This document shows, piece after piece, positions 51,261 through 63,714 of a stretch of DNA of 64,000 nucleotides. The stretch is from Octopus bimaculoides (Eukaryota): positions 28,061,930 through 28,125,929 of the forward strand of contig NC_068991.1 in NCBI RefSeq assembly GCF_001194135.2, in the 5' to 3' direction. Every line of letters starts with the position of its first letter. Position 1 is the first letter of the stretch. The position numbers and the translations under genes are program-made. Below the pieces are notes generated by a model. The model was not told the DNA's origin. It saw only the letters and a program-made list of their open reading frames with translations, and searched no databases.

Positions 51261-51872
51261 CAAATTTTCCCACCTTGCAAGGATATTAATACCCAATTTT
51301 GATACTGTCTTAAAAAATATCACTTTCTTGTCTGTTTCGTATAATGCACATTCGACGCTTCTAAAACGCAAATGAAAGTTTGTTTATATATACATATGGT
51401 TGCATATATATATATATATATATAAGAATAATATGACATGCAGAAGGAGGATATCAGGCTTTAATAGTAGATCACATTTATTTCTGCACCACACATCAAC
51501 TGGGAGCTGTTGAGTTTATATTCAAATGCCATTATAGATCATTCTTTATAATTAACAATTATAAAGAATGATCTATAATATAGTAAAATATTTTTTCAGC
51601 TGCATCCATGTGTGGTTACTTCATCATATTCCACCCATTGAAGTCCCATAGATAAGTAATACTGTTCTGGTTTTATTAAAACACACAACAAGCTAACCAG
51701 TATAATGTATATAAACTCCATTAAACATTATCCACCCGTTGTTGAGTAGATTAAATACTAAACTATTTTGCTTTACACTTGAATTGATTATATTGGAAGA
51801 ATACATGATATAAAAGAAACAACTCAGTTATGGAATACGCTGGTTTATCTTAAATGCATTTTTCATTCTCAG

Positions 51873-51929
51873 ATGCCGATTACGGTGCTAATGAGACTAC
51901 AGATTCCACAAATCCAGCAACTACTCTTG
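51873..51929 (+). CDS. CAP paralog 3 exon (57 nt, phase 1 to 1): ADYGANETTDSTNPATTL
   Basis: tttttcattctcag acceptor and G|gtaatt donor. Open frame. Homologous to 21921-21977. Confidence 0.75.
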
Positions 51930-52639
51930 GTAATTATCTTAAACATTTCTTTGTATCAGCTAATTGTAGATATATTTTGAAATACATACAATCAAATCTT
52001 CGTTTCTAAATCTTTTAAAACCTTATTCTTTATTTATTTATTTTGCTGTTTTATACATGGACATACACACACACACATACACGCACACACAAACATGCAC
52101 ACACACGTACACACACTCACACACACATACGCACAAACATTGTCAAACCTTCACTTGATGAAGATCCTACAGCTACACCACCTCATTCAGAATCACCATG
52201 AACTCAAATATGACAATGCTCACAAACTACAAGTGACAGCTAAAAGAAAATGCTACAAATTTTGACATAGACTTGAAGATCGCCAAAAAGTCTAGACTAT
52301 ATTTGAATGCTACCAAGAGATGCAACATCTACAGAGCATAAAAGAGAATATTCCTCAAGAACTTGCAGAAAGCAAGCTCTTAGCCTAATGCCAGAACAGA
52401 AAACTTCACCCACTACATGCACAAGAAAATATTCATACTCAAGTCCAGTACTTCTACATAGGACTCTAATCTTTCCAAAGTATGCTCTTTTCCCAATCCA
52501 ATCTTATGGCCAACATAGATCATTTGTGGGCCTTTATATTTACAAAATTATTTCTCCTTCTAAAATATTCCCAAATCTTTACAGGGTTTCTGGATTTTCC
52601 CAAACTTTCTCTTCATTTTACAGTTTTCCCTCTTTTATT

Positions 52640-53200
52640 GCTCACCTTATCTCTGGCTCAAAATGGTAAAACTAACACTCATCCTGGCTTAAGAAACGTT
52701 CATGAAAACCAGCTGGATCTGCCTGAAAAAACGTCAGATTTTCTAGTGATTTGATCAGCTTGATGCACTCTTGCAGTCACTGAGCAGTCACCTTTTTTAT
52801 TATAAGCTCATTGTAGAGAACATTCTCAACTCTCTCATAGGATAGGCACATAGCATTGACTATTTGATTTATAATCAATCCCCATCCATCAGCATGTAGT
52901 GAACATGATCAATGTTTCCCTCAGTGGTAGCACTTGCAGGAAGTTCAGACCTTGGGTCATTTCCAAGTCTCTCCTTTCCTCCATTAAATTCAGCTGCCCA
53001 CTTTTGTACTGTTGATAAAACTTGAGTGTCATTCTCTCATGTAGCAAGCATGTCAGCATGAGTGTCCTTGGGGTGCTAAAGCCTTTTTCTGCAGGTATTT
53101 GATAATACCACGATGCCAAATTTTGTTAAGTTTCAAGAGAAATTGCTACTAGCTATTGGGTTTTGAAGTCTTCTTTGAACAGTCAGATGCCAGTTTACCT
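52640..53200 (-). mobile_element. Degenerate mariner 5' fragment (intron of CAP paralog 3)
   Basis: VIKYLQKKG, STVQKWAAEF, ATTEGNIDHV, QADPAGFHERF, YHFEPE remnants across frameshifts. Confidence 0.75.
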
Positions 53201-53443
53201 GGAATGAAATAATGCAGTTATCAATAAGAAGGACTGAAATAAATGCATGTAAGATCTCACAGTTCTAGCATCATATCTTCATTGTCAGCCTGTGAACCTT
53301 TCAGCCCATTTTCGTATGTCCAGAATTTCTCTTCAATTCAAATTCCAGTTACAAATTACTTCATATAGATTTTGTATTCCTTTGTCTATCGAGGTTCTTC
53401 TACTTTTTTGAAGTTTTCTTTAATTAATACTGCTTTGTTCCAG

Positions 53444-53661
53444 CTAAGTCAACTATGCATACCACTACAGCTGCGACAAAAGCTACTACTACTCTTGCTA
53501 CTACTACTCCTACTCCTACTACTACTACTCCTACTACTACTGCTGCTACAACTGTTACTACTATGGCTGCTACTACAACTGTTACTACTATGGCTGCTAC
53601 TACAACTGTTACTACTATGGCTGCTACTACAACTGTTACTACTATGGCTGCTACTACAACT
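53444..53661 (+). CDS. CAP paralog 3 Thr-rich mucin-like exon with four 27-nt repeats (TVTTMAATT)
   Basis: ttgttccag acceptor and ACT|gtaatg donor. Phase 1 in and phase 0 out, matching both neighbours. Codon-structured 27-nt repeat at 53551-53658. Confidence 0.8.
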
Positions 53662-54181
53662 GTAATGTTATCCACTCATTTCATGATGTTATTCCTAGAA
53701 TGCTCTTTAACATTAATAAACAAGAAAATTTTATTCCCTCTTTGTTAGTATAAAAGTGCATTATTTTCTGCTAATTCCCCCAGAAACTTCTAGCAAATAC
53801 TAGCAACTATATAAAAGTATACTGTATATCTAAATATCTGATATGAAGCATTGTTAATAAGATTATATTATTTTCCAGACAATTTACCTCATGTTTTGAG
53901 TCAATGTTTCAATATTTACAAACACTTTCAAATTCCGCCAAGGTTGACTTTGCCTTTTATCCTTTTGGGGTTGATAAATTAAGTACCAGAATTAAGAAGC
54001 CTTGTTCTTAGAGTAGAAAAGAATATTTTGTTGACTTGTAGAAGAGAATTTAAGACAAAGTTGACTTCCATTGGATTTAAACTTTGATCGTTAACAGTCA
54101 AAGGATGTACTGCAAGGCATTTTTCCTTATGCTCTAATAATTCTACCAGCTCACTGCCAGAACATTCAATAATAATAATAA

Positions 54182-54212
<31 letters not shown>

Positions 54213-54394
54213 ATGTGCATCTCTGATCATGAGTAGAAGTAAAAAGGAAGCATCATTGTCATGTGTTGAGAGGAACTCTTTGGGATTTGGATAATTCAAC
54301 TCTGGAAACATGGGTGTTTCGTTCAATATCCTTAAACAACCCTTATTCAGGGACCNNNNNNNNNNTTCGTTCAATATCCTTAAACAACCCTTAT

Positions 54395-54626
54395 TCAGGG
54401 ACCTTTTGAGTGGGATGGGCTACTCGACCTGAAGAAAATTCCAACTGGGGTTCACCTGCGAGGTCTTGCGCTGTTTATCTTGATATGAGATCACCATGTC
54501 GCGCACATATGGTTGTGATGCATGTGCCTGGTGTACCCTTATCAAACGGGTAGTCATGATGGGTATACTGGGCTTCGTATATTTTACCCTGGTGTCACTT
54601 TGATGGCATGTACTGCTCTCTCACTC

Positions 54627-54667
<41 letters not shown>

Positions 54668-54670
54668 TGA
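54395..54670 (+). mobile_element. Short retroelement 3' UTR-like repeat ending in (AAT)n
   Basis: GC-richer block ending CTCTCTCACTC-(AAT)n. Family not assigned. Confidence 0.5.
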
Positions 54671-54884
54671 TGATGATGGTTTCAAATATTGGCAACATCA
54701 GAATTGGAGTGAAATCGATTACATCAATCCCAGTGCTCAACTGGTACTTATTTTATTGACCCCAAAATGATAAAAGGCAAAGTAGACAAAATTTGAACTC
54801 GGACCGTAAAGTGGATGAAATGCTTTTAAGCATTTTGCCCAGTGTGCAAACAATGCTGCCAGCTCACTACTTTGTCAATAATAA

Positions 54885-55473
54885 TAATGTAGTGAATGTG
54901 CTACATTGGAAAGTGTGCAAAAAGTGGTGGCCAGAGAGAAGCAAGACATGGTATGAGCACAAACTGTGGAGAATGGCAGAGTTGGAAATCTGAAAAATCC
55001 TCTGAGATTTCCCAGTCCAAACAGAACAGGCACTAGAGCATAACAGACCAAACCTAATGGTGGTGGACAAGATGCACCACATGTGCTATATAGTTGATGT
55101 TGCCTGCCCCCTTGACCTACATGAATAGTGAAGAAGGAAGGCAGAAAGACAGACATATACAATCCTTTTAAGTACGAAATAACCCGGCTATGGAAAATGA
55201 AGAAGATGAAGACAGTGCCAATTATTGTTGGGTCCTTGGGGACAGTATCAGAAGGCATCAAGAGGAATATAAAGGAAATTGGAATAGAGTGCAAAGTAAA
55301 ACTATTACAAAAGGTTTGCCTCCTTGGCACGGCCAGAATAATCAAGAAAGGATTAGATAGCTGAAAAGAACAGATAGCATGGTACCATAAGCTGGAGGTA
55401 GCAAGCCCGCTACGCATGCAAGACTCCAGAAATTACAACAAAACCTGAGACAAAAAGAATAAATAATAATAAT
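54885..55473 (+). mobile_element. R4/Dong-clade 3' fragment flanked by (TAA)n
   Basis: HWKVCKK, HNRPNLMVVD, DVACP.D, YEITRLWKMK...VPIIVGSLG...LLGTARII. Confidence 0.85.
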
Positions 55474-56048
55474 CCTTTCTACTACAGGCACAAGGCCTGA
55501 AATTTTGTGGGGAAGGAGTAAATCAATTATATCAACCCCAGTACTCAACTGGTTCTTATTTTATCGACCCCGAAAGGATGAAAGGCAAAGTCAATTTCAG
55601 CTGAATTTGAACCCAGAACATAAAGATGACGAAATGCCACTAAGCATTTTGCCTGGCATGCTAACAGTTCTGCCAGCTCACCACCTTTATAATAATAATG
55701 ATGACAATAGTGTTAATAATAAAGTTCTGTGTACTTACTATTCCAACAACTACTTCATAATTTTTATCTATGATACCAAAGGCATTTTACAAGAATTATA
55801 TCTTGGTGTATATTTTATATGTCCTCTTTTAACACTAGCCTCCATAATCTTGTTCTCAACAATCTATGCCATGACCACTTGTCTAATAATCGCCATATGA
55901 CCATCAAGATAGGAAATGAAGCAAGGGGAAAAGTGAGAACCTGTGCTTTCGGATCTGATTTTTTTGTCATGAAACAATGAGTTTTGGTTAGCAAGAGCTG
56001 GTTAACAGACATTATTGTTTATTTACTCCTTTGTCTCTTTTTAAACAG

Positions 56049-56127
56049 AAATATTGTCCACGATTGTTCCAAGGAATAAAAGGCCACACAGCATGTTCAA
56101 GCAAATGTAGTAGAGTCATTTCCTCTG
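56049..56127 (+). CDS. CAP paralog 3 exon (79 nt): KYCPRLFQGIKGHTACSSKCSRVISS
   Basis: tttttaaacag acceptor and G|gtaagt donor. C...HTxC motif found N-terminal to many invertebrate CAP domains. The other two frames contain stops. Confidence 0.88.
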
Positions 56128-57096
56128 GTAAGTACCAATTACTAACTTCATTCTAATTATTTTACTCATTTTTACCAACAAAATATTTTTGTTTCACGTA
56201 GAAAAATTTGTGACATTCTTAGAATTCTTATTATTGTCAATAAAAATGTGAGGATGTTGGATATAGTTTACTATTCCTAATAATTAGTTCCAACAAACAG
56301 AAATTAAACTTGATTTAGATAAAGTTCAAAGTTTTATTTTTTTTTCTCTTCAAGAATCTTACGTGAAGGTGAGACAAATCAATAAATACAGGGGCCTGAT
56401 AGGCCGCTATCAATTTGTGTCAATGGTCATTGAGACATCAGGTGTTCTCGAACCCCATACTACCAATTTCTCCTGAATAATAGCGATTATTTTATCAACC
56501 CCAAAAGGGTAAAAAGCAAAGAATTCCACTAAATTTGAACTCAGAACACAAAGTGACAAAATGCTGCTGAGCCTCATGCGGTAGAGTGACTGCTGCAGTG
56601 AGCATTGCTGACCATTCTCTGGGGCAATGCCATCACTGTCATTATTGCAGCGCTCAGCTGAGCACACCATTTGTTCTGAGATGACCCATCGTCCTCTCCC
56701 CCTCCATCTTCTGTCGCTTTACCCCACCCTTTATTTTCTCTTTTTTTTCCAATTTCTTTGTATTTCAATGTTTTCTGAGCTATTGATATATGAAGTTGGT
56801 ATTTTTAGTTTAAAAAATAATATAAAATAGAATATGTTGAGATTTGTATAATCACTTCCATATGAAGTGACCATACGAAGCCTTGACAGTCATCATTATA
56901 CTTATTTTAACACTGGAACAAGGTAGTAGTCTGAAATAATGGTATCTACAGTTATTTCATCATTCTGAGATGGCGATTCTAGAGATCATAGCATAAATGT
57001 ATTCAAAAGCAACTAGTTAAACTCACATCTGTTGGCACTGTCCATAAATCATTACACCAATATTTAACCAGTTCCATACATTTATTTCAACTTCAG

Positions 57097-57188
57097 GAAT
57101 ATCAGAAAAAGACAAAGAAACCATACTCCAGAAACATAACCAATATCGAGCAAATGTGATACCAGCAGCCTGTTCCATGATGAAAATG
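57097..57188 (+). CDS. CAP paralog 3 exon (92 nt): ISEKDKETILQKHNQYRANVIPAACSMMKM
   Basis: cttcag acceptor and ATG|gtacat donor. IL..HN..R..V.P.A..M..M motif of CAP helix 1. Confidence 0.93.
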
Positions 57189-57340
57189 GTACATTTTATA
57201 CATTTCTGTAACGTTTAACATTATTTGTGGTGTAAAAATACCTTGACATAGTTGTTCTTTCTCCCTGTTATTGTGATCATCATAACTGTTATCTACATTT
57301 TCATCTTCATCATCATCAGTTTTTATTACACATATATATA

Positions 57341-57398
<58 letters not shown>

Positions 57399-58276
57399 GG
57401 TATGTCAGTCTTTTGCAATCTTTTGTTTGAATTTAGAAAAAGATGTATAACTCATCAAAGAAAAACTGTATTTGAAAACAAATTGGTGCAAATAATCTTG
57501 AGTACCCTTTTATTACACCTATCCAAGGAATTCACCTTTATCATCAATGGCTACTTCATTATGGGGTCTGAAGTATTGACATGCTCAAATCAGATAATCT
57601 TTATCCATTTTGGGCAAGTGTCTTCTACTATAGCCTCAGGTGGACCAAAGCCTTGTATGTGGATTTGGTAAATAGAAACTGAAAGAAGCCTGTTGTATAT
57701 ATACTAGGCATAGGAGTGACTGTGTGGTAAGTAGCTTGCTTACGAACCATATGGTTCCGGGTTCAGTTCCACTGTGTGGCACTTTGGGTAAGTGTCTTCT
57801 ACTATAGCCTTGTGAGTGCATATGGTAGACGGAAACTGAAAGAAGCCCGTTTTATATANNNNNNNNNNNNNNNNNNNNNNNNNNNNNNNNNNNNNNNNNN
57901 NNNNNNNNNNNNNNNNNNNNNNNNNNNNNNNNNNNNNNNNNNNNNNNNNNNNNNNNNNNNNNNNNNNNNNNNNNNNNNNNNNNNNNNNNNNNNNNNNNNN
58001 NNNNNNNNNNNNNNNNNNNNNNNNNNNNNNNNNNNNNNNNNNNNNNNNNNNNNNNNNNNNNNNNNNNNNNNNNNNNNNNNNNNNNNNNNNNNNNNNNNNN
58101 NNNNNNNNNNNNNNNNNNNNNNNNNNNNNNNNNNNNNNNNNNNNNNNNNNNNNNNNNNNNNNNNNNNNNNNNNNNNNNNNNNNNNNNNNNNNNNNNNNNN
58201 NNNNNNNNNNNNNNNNNNNNNNNNNNNNNNNNNNNNNNNNNNNNNNNNNNNNNNNNNNNNNNNNNNNNNNNNNNNN

Positions 58277-58321
<45 letters not shown>

Positions 58322-58767
58322 GTTTGTGTGTCTGTGTTTCTCCCCCCAACATCGTTTGACAACCGATGCTGGTGTGTTTACATCCCCGTAACTTAGCGGT
58401 TTGGCAAAAAAAACCGATAGAAGAAGTACTAAGCTTACAAAGAATAAGTCCTGGGGTCGATCTGCTTGACTAAAGGCGTTGCTCCAGCATGGCCACAGTC
58501 AAATGACTGAAACGAGTAAAAGAGTATATATATAAATATATGTTGGCAAACCTGACTTATACTGTTTTCACTTGATATGAGACTCGAATAGCTGGGATAT
58601 CTCAGAAACAGCTGTCAGAGACTATCTTTACCAGTTTGTACTGTTTTTATACTATTTGTTCTGTAGCTAAATTTTTAGATTGAATTAAAGGAAATTAAAT
58701 GTCCTTGTCCTGCCTTGACTAATTGTTTGCCTTTCCTCCCTACTTTAACATATATATATTTATATGT

Positions 58768-58837
<70 letters not shown>

Positions 58838-58869
58838 TTTATTTAAAAGCAGCAGAAATATAACAAAAG

Positions 58870-58907
58870 CTGTTACTCAGAGTTTCATGTTCCTGTTCAT
58901 TGGACAG
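58870..58907 (-). ncRNA. Decayed hammerhead motif of another family (ACUC-U-GAGU stem III)
   Basis: CUGU-CCAAUGA-ACAGGAACAU-GAAA-CUC-U-GAGUA/ACAG. Perfect 4-bp stem I, weak stem II. Confidence 0.45.
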
Positions 58908-59930
58908 TTTTTTTATTTGTTTAACAAAACTGTCTGACGAACAAAAATTTAGTTACAGAACAAATAGTATAAAAACAGTACAAACTGATAAAGATAGTCT
59001 CTGACAGCTGTTTCTGGAATATCCCAGCTATTGGAGCCTCATAACAAGTGAAAACAGTATAAGTCAGGTATTCCAGCATAGGAGAAATATAGTTTAGACA
59101 GTGTTATTTGTTTTGGTTCATTATGTTCAGGAGTGTCCAATTAAATCCATCTGGATTAGGTCTTCTTTCGGTAAATCCATGATCAGAAAGAGTTTTTAAG
59201 TAGTACATCATGATGAGAAGCGGGAATGAATTGTTATGCAGTACTCCATATTGAGGGAAAATGAAATTGAATGCTAGCAGATCCAGCATTGTGCATGGAA
59301 TAAAGATACATTCTGAGAGCAAAGATAAAACGGTAATAGGTATGGATTGGATATATACTGTTCAGTATATTGAAGTGTAAAGGCAGCAAGCTGGCAGAAA
59401 CTTTAGCAAGCCGGGTGAAATGCTTAGCGGTATTTCGTCTGTCTTTACGTTCTGAGTTCAAATTTCACTAAAGTTGACTTTGCCTTTCCTCCTTTTGGGG
59501 GTTGTTAAATTAAGTACCAGTTGCGTACTGGTGTCAGTCTAATCGAGTGGCTCCCTCCACCAAAATTTCTGGCCTCGTGCCTAGACTAGAAAAGTATACT
59601 GAAGTGTATTCACTCCACAGGGAGAGTGAATGTAAGCGGTTCCAAAGTTACCATTTTATCTTTGGTCTCACCAGAATGTATCCGTATTCCATGCACAACA
59701 CTGGATCTGCTAGCATTTAATTTCATTTTCCTTCAATATGGAGAACTGCACAACAATTTTTTCCCACTTCTCACCTTGATGTACCACTTAATCACCCTTT
59801 CTGATTATGTACTCACCTACAGAAGACCCAATCCAACTGGATTTAATTTGACCCTCCTCCCCACCTGGACATAATGAACTACAACAAATATCATTGATGA
59901 GGAGCAGCCTTTCCACTGTCTAACCTATAT

Positions 59931-60002
59931 TTCTCCGATGATGGAATACCCGACTTATACAATGCTTCATTAGCTGGCATATCCCAGAAACAGCTGTCAG
60001 AG
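59931..60002 (+). ncRNA. Type I hammerhead motif with long stem II loop (CCGAUGA variant, GUC site)
   Basis: UUCU-CCGAUGA-UGGAAUA...AUAUCCCA-GAAA-C-AGCU-GUC/AGAG. A more decayed homologue lies on minus at 58999-59086. Confidence 0.6.
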
Positions 60003-60583
60003 ACTATCTTTACCAGTCTTGTACTGTTTTTATCAACATTGCTAAATTTTTAGATTGAATTAAATGAAATCAAATGTCCTTGCCGTACCTTGATTAATTG
60101 TTTGCCTTTCCTCACTATTTTAATCAATACCTACTGGCCGAAAGGGAAGCCACCATTAACCGTTTTTTTAACAAGACATTCACACAACCACAACTTTAAT
60201 TAGTGTTCTAACTGAGATTTTGGTGGAACACCTATTTGATCATTCAGAAAGCATACCTATTAGTTTGAGTCATCGTGATCTAAACTCTTCATATTTTCTT
60301 TACACACACACACACACACGCACACACANNNNNNNNNNNNNNNNNNNNNNNNNNNNNNNNNNNNNNNNNNNNNNNNNNNNNNNNNNNNNNNNNNNNNNNN
60401 NNNNNNNNNNNNNNNNNNNNNNNNNNNNNNNNNNNNNNNNNNNNNNNNNNNNNNNNNNNNNNNNNNNNNNNNNNNNNNNNNNNNNNNNNCACACACACAC
60501 ACACACATATATGTAAATGTGTGTGTGTGAGTATGTGCATGTGTGTATAAATATATATATTTATATACACACACACTCATATA

Positions 60584-60619
<36 letters not shown>

Positions 60620-60746
60620 TGTATGTATGTATGTATAGAGTGTTAGGTGTGATGTACAGAGTTAAATATTGAGAAAAACATGTTGTCAGAATTTTGGAAA
60701 AAAATCCTTTTATTTCTTCATTATTACTTCGTTCATAACATTGCAG

Positions 60747-60837
60747 TACTGGGATAAAGATTTGGAACTAGTTGCCCAAGCACGAGCCGAAAGCTGTAAT
60801 TGCTCCCACGATGAACCTTATCTCCGGCAAATTCCTG
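60747..60837 (+). CDS. CAP paralog 3 exon (91 nt): YWDKDLELVAQARAESCNCSHDEPYLRQIP
   Basis: ttgcag acceptor and G|gtaaat donor. WD..L...AQ..A..C...H motif. Confidence 0.93.
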
Positions 60838-61684
60838 GTAAATTATAATTTATTTCTTCTTACAAGAGTTACCACATTACCATAAAGTAATGGTGTTGGC
60901 TGAAACGGTAGAGTGCCTTTAGTATTTTGCTATTGTTGCCTGCATTCAGTGTTCAAATCTAGCTATGATTAACTCTGTCTTTCATCACTCCTATATTAAT
61001 AAAATAATGCCAGTTTTAACCTGCATTGTTGTTAAATTTCCAGGGCTTGATAGGTATTTAAGACATGACCATTCCAGCTTTTTTCTGCCTTAATATATCT
61101 TGGACTATATTATTCCATATGTCCTTGGATTTTTAAAAGAGGTTAAAATCTAATTTGAAACAGATGTAGCAAATTATTGTAATGGGTCAATTGACTATGT
61201 AAATGCTTCTCTGCTGAGAAATATTTCAGATATAACATTGTCACTACTGTTTAACCACAGGAAGATCTTAATAAGCAGACCCCGTGATTAAGAGTAGACC
61301 AAAACCATTCTACCCTTAATCATCTCATCTGTTTATATATTAGTTTCAAAGTTTTTGCACATGGCCATTGTTTAACCTGTGTTTATTTTATCAATTTCGA
61401 AAGGATGAAAGGCAAAGTCAACCTTGGCAGAATTTAAACTCCACCAAGGTTGACTTTGAGCATGAAGACAGATAGAATGCTGCTAAACATTTTGTCCAAG
61501 ATGCTAATGGTCCTGCCAGCTCATCACTTTATGTTCCATTTTGAAAACAGCTCGGTGAGGCTGAATAACCATGTAGATTTTTTTCCTCGTTGGCTCATTT
61601 TATACTAGTTGAAATAATGGATAATACCTATTTTATTCTAGTGGTAACCAATTTCTCCTGATCAATCTTCTAATTATAGTATAA

Positions 61685-62053
61685 TCATTTGACCCATTGG
61701 TTAGAGCAGCGAACTTGCAGTCGTAGGATCGCGGCTTTGATTCCCAGACCAGGTGTTGTGAGTGTTTATTGAACGAAGACACCTAAAGCTCTATGAGGCT
61801 CCGGCAGGGGATGGTGGTAAACCCTGCTGTACTCTTTCACGACAATTTTTTTCTCATTCTTTCTTCCTGTTTCTGTGGTACCTGTATTTCAAAGGGCCAG
61901 CCTTGTCACACTCTGTGTCACACTGAATCTCCCCGAGAACTACATTAAGGGTACATGTGTCAGTGGAGTGCTCAGCCACTTGCACGTTAATTTCACGAGC
62001 AGGCTGTTCCGTTGATCAGATCAACTGGAACCCTTGTCGTCATAACCGACAGA
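61685..62053 (+). mobile_element. tRNA-derived SINE family A (more diverged)
   Basis: Same body and tail as 23299 and 38821. Ends at an N gap. Confidence 0.88.
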
Positions 62054-63075
62054 NNNNNNNNNNATATATATATATATAAATTTAAAAGAAATAATAAAGA
62101 AACAGAAATGCATAATGAAACCTATTTCTTTGTTTTAAAATATTTCACGTTCCTAGTCTTAGCTACATAATGTGAATCTTTCATTGAAATTACATGACAG
62201 TACCAGCATTTGTCTCTAATAATCATTTGCATTTACTCAGTGTGAGTTACATGACCCATATGGCTAATTCTGTTTGTTCCCTTGTCAAATCCTGAACTCT
62301 TTTATCTACCTTCTTGATCTCCTCAATGATATAAACAAACTGTGCAACCTTCTATCTTTAAATTAAGGAATACTTAGTTTAAAGCTCTCAGCTTTCTACA
62401 ATTATGGGTTAATTACTGTAGTTAGTAAAGACTCCTTGGTTAATTACATCATTCCTTTTGCTTGCTCTGTCTACTATAGTGTAGTATCTGCTATTAGCAT
62501 GACTTCTGGTCCACTCACTAGACATCCATGGTTTATTTTCTTATTACCTCCATATTGTAGGCTCAGTATGACTGAATGGTTACAAAGTTCACTTTGCAAT
62601 CATGAGTTTCTAGTTACAATTCTGCTGTATGGCACTATGGACAAATGCCATTTTCCATAACCACGGGTTGACCCATACCTTATGAGCAAAACTAGACAAA
62701 CTAAATATAAATAGAAGCCCATCAGATGAATTGTAATTGTAATTCAAAGGCCCGCCTTTGTCACACATGCAGTCACACCGATTCTGCTTCAGAATTCCAT
62801 TAAGAGTACACATCACTATGGAGTACTCAGCCATATACATGCTTAATGCAAAGCCATATATATGCTTAATGCAATGAGCATGTTAATATAGTTGGTCAAA
62901 TAATTGAACACCTATGATTGTAAATTCTCACCAACATCCATTTGCCTCCCTATGATACAAATTGACAAATGAACTGGGACTACTCAGGAGCTAACAGTTT
63001 CTTCTTAGGTTGGTACTCCACCTCTGAGTCTGTCTCATTTTTTCCCACTTTTATTTGTCTTTATATCTTTCTGCT

Positions 63076-63178
<103 letters not shown>

Positions 63179-63467
63179 GTCTATCTACCCCTCTCTCTAT
63201 GTATGTATCTATCTACCTACCTATCTCTCTTTTAGCTTTTTCTGTCTTCCACTCTGACACTTCTCTCTCACTCTCTTCTTCCTCTCTCTGTCTTCCACCT
63301 CTCTCCTCTCTCCCTCCCTTCTGTTATACCAACCAGTAAGTTTTGTATCATTACCAACACAAAATACAGAAGCAACACCAAGCATTATTGAATTATTCCA
63401 CATTTACTACAATCTCTTAAGATCTAACAAATAATTTCTAATATTGAAAATTTTTTTTTTTTTTCAG

Positions 63468-63604
63468 GAAAATTCCACACTGGTCAAAATTTAGCCAGGC
63501 AAGTGGACAGTTGGGCAGCAGCCATACGTTCATGGTATGATGAAAGGAAAAGCTTTACTTACAATGCCACTAATGATTTCTCTAAAGTAGGACGTTACAC
63601 AGAG
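63468..63604 (+). CDS. CAP paralog 3 exon (137 nt): KFHTGQNLARQVDSWAAAIRSWYDERKSFTYNATNDFSKVGRYTE; gene continues beyond the window
   Basis: Poly-T + cag acceptor and GAG|gtaatg donor. Paralogous to 1107-1243. Confidence 0.93.
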
Positions 63605-63714
63605 GTAATGAATATTATTATTATTTATTTTTTTTTTTTCATGTGTTTGACTTTCACTTTGTGTTTGTACAAGTTGACTCCAATAATAATGATAATAATA
63701 ATGATAATAATAGC

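Larger units (their letters stand above)
58550..60120. mobile_element. Three copies of one hammerhead-bearing repeat in +/-/+ arrangement (about 58550-58750, 58947-59345, 59630-60120)
   Basis: Shared GAAACAGCTGTCAGAGACTATCTTTACCAG block. Homologous opposite-strand ORF-track translations at 59104-59322 and 59626-59874. A SINE sits at the centre of the large palindrome. Confidence 0.8.

Noticed and set aside
53372-53675. Poly-Leu and poly-Val ORFs over the Thr-rich exon
   Set aside because: Alternative frames of the same repeat. Only the Thr frame fits the splice phases.
54318-54403. 38-bp direct repeat
   Set aside because: Same 10-N gap overlap artefact.
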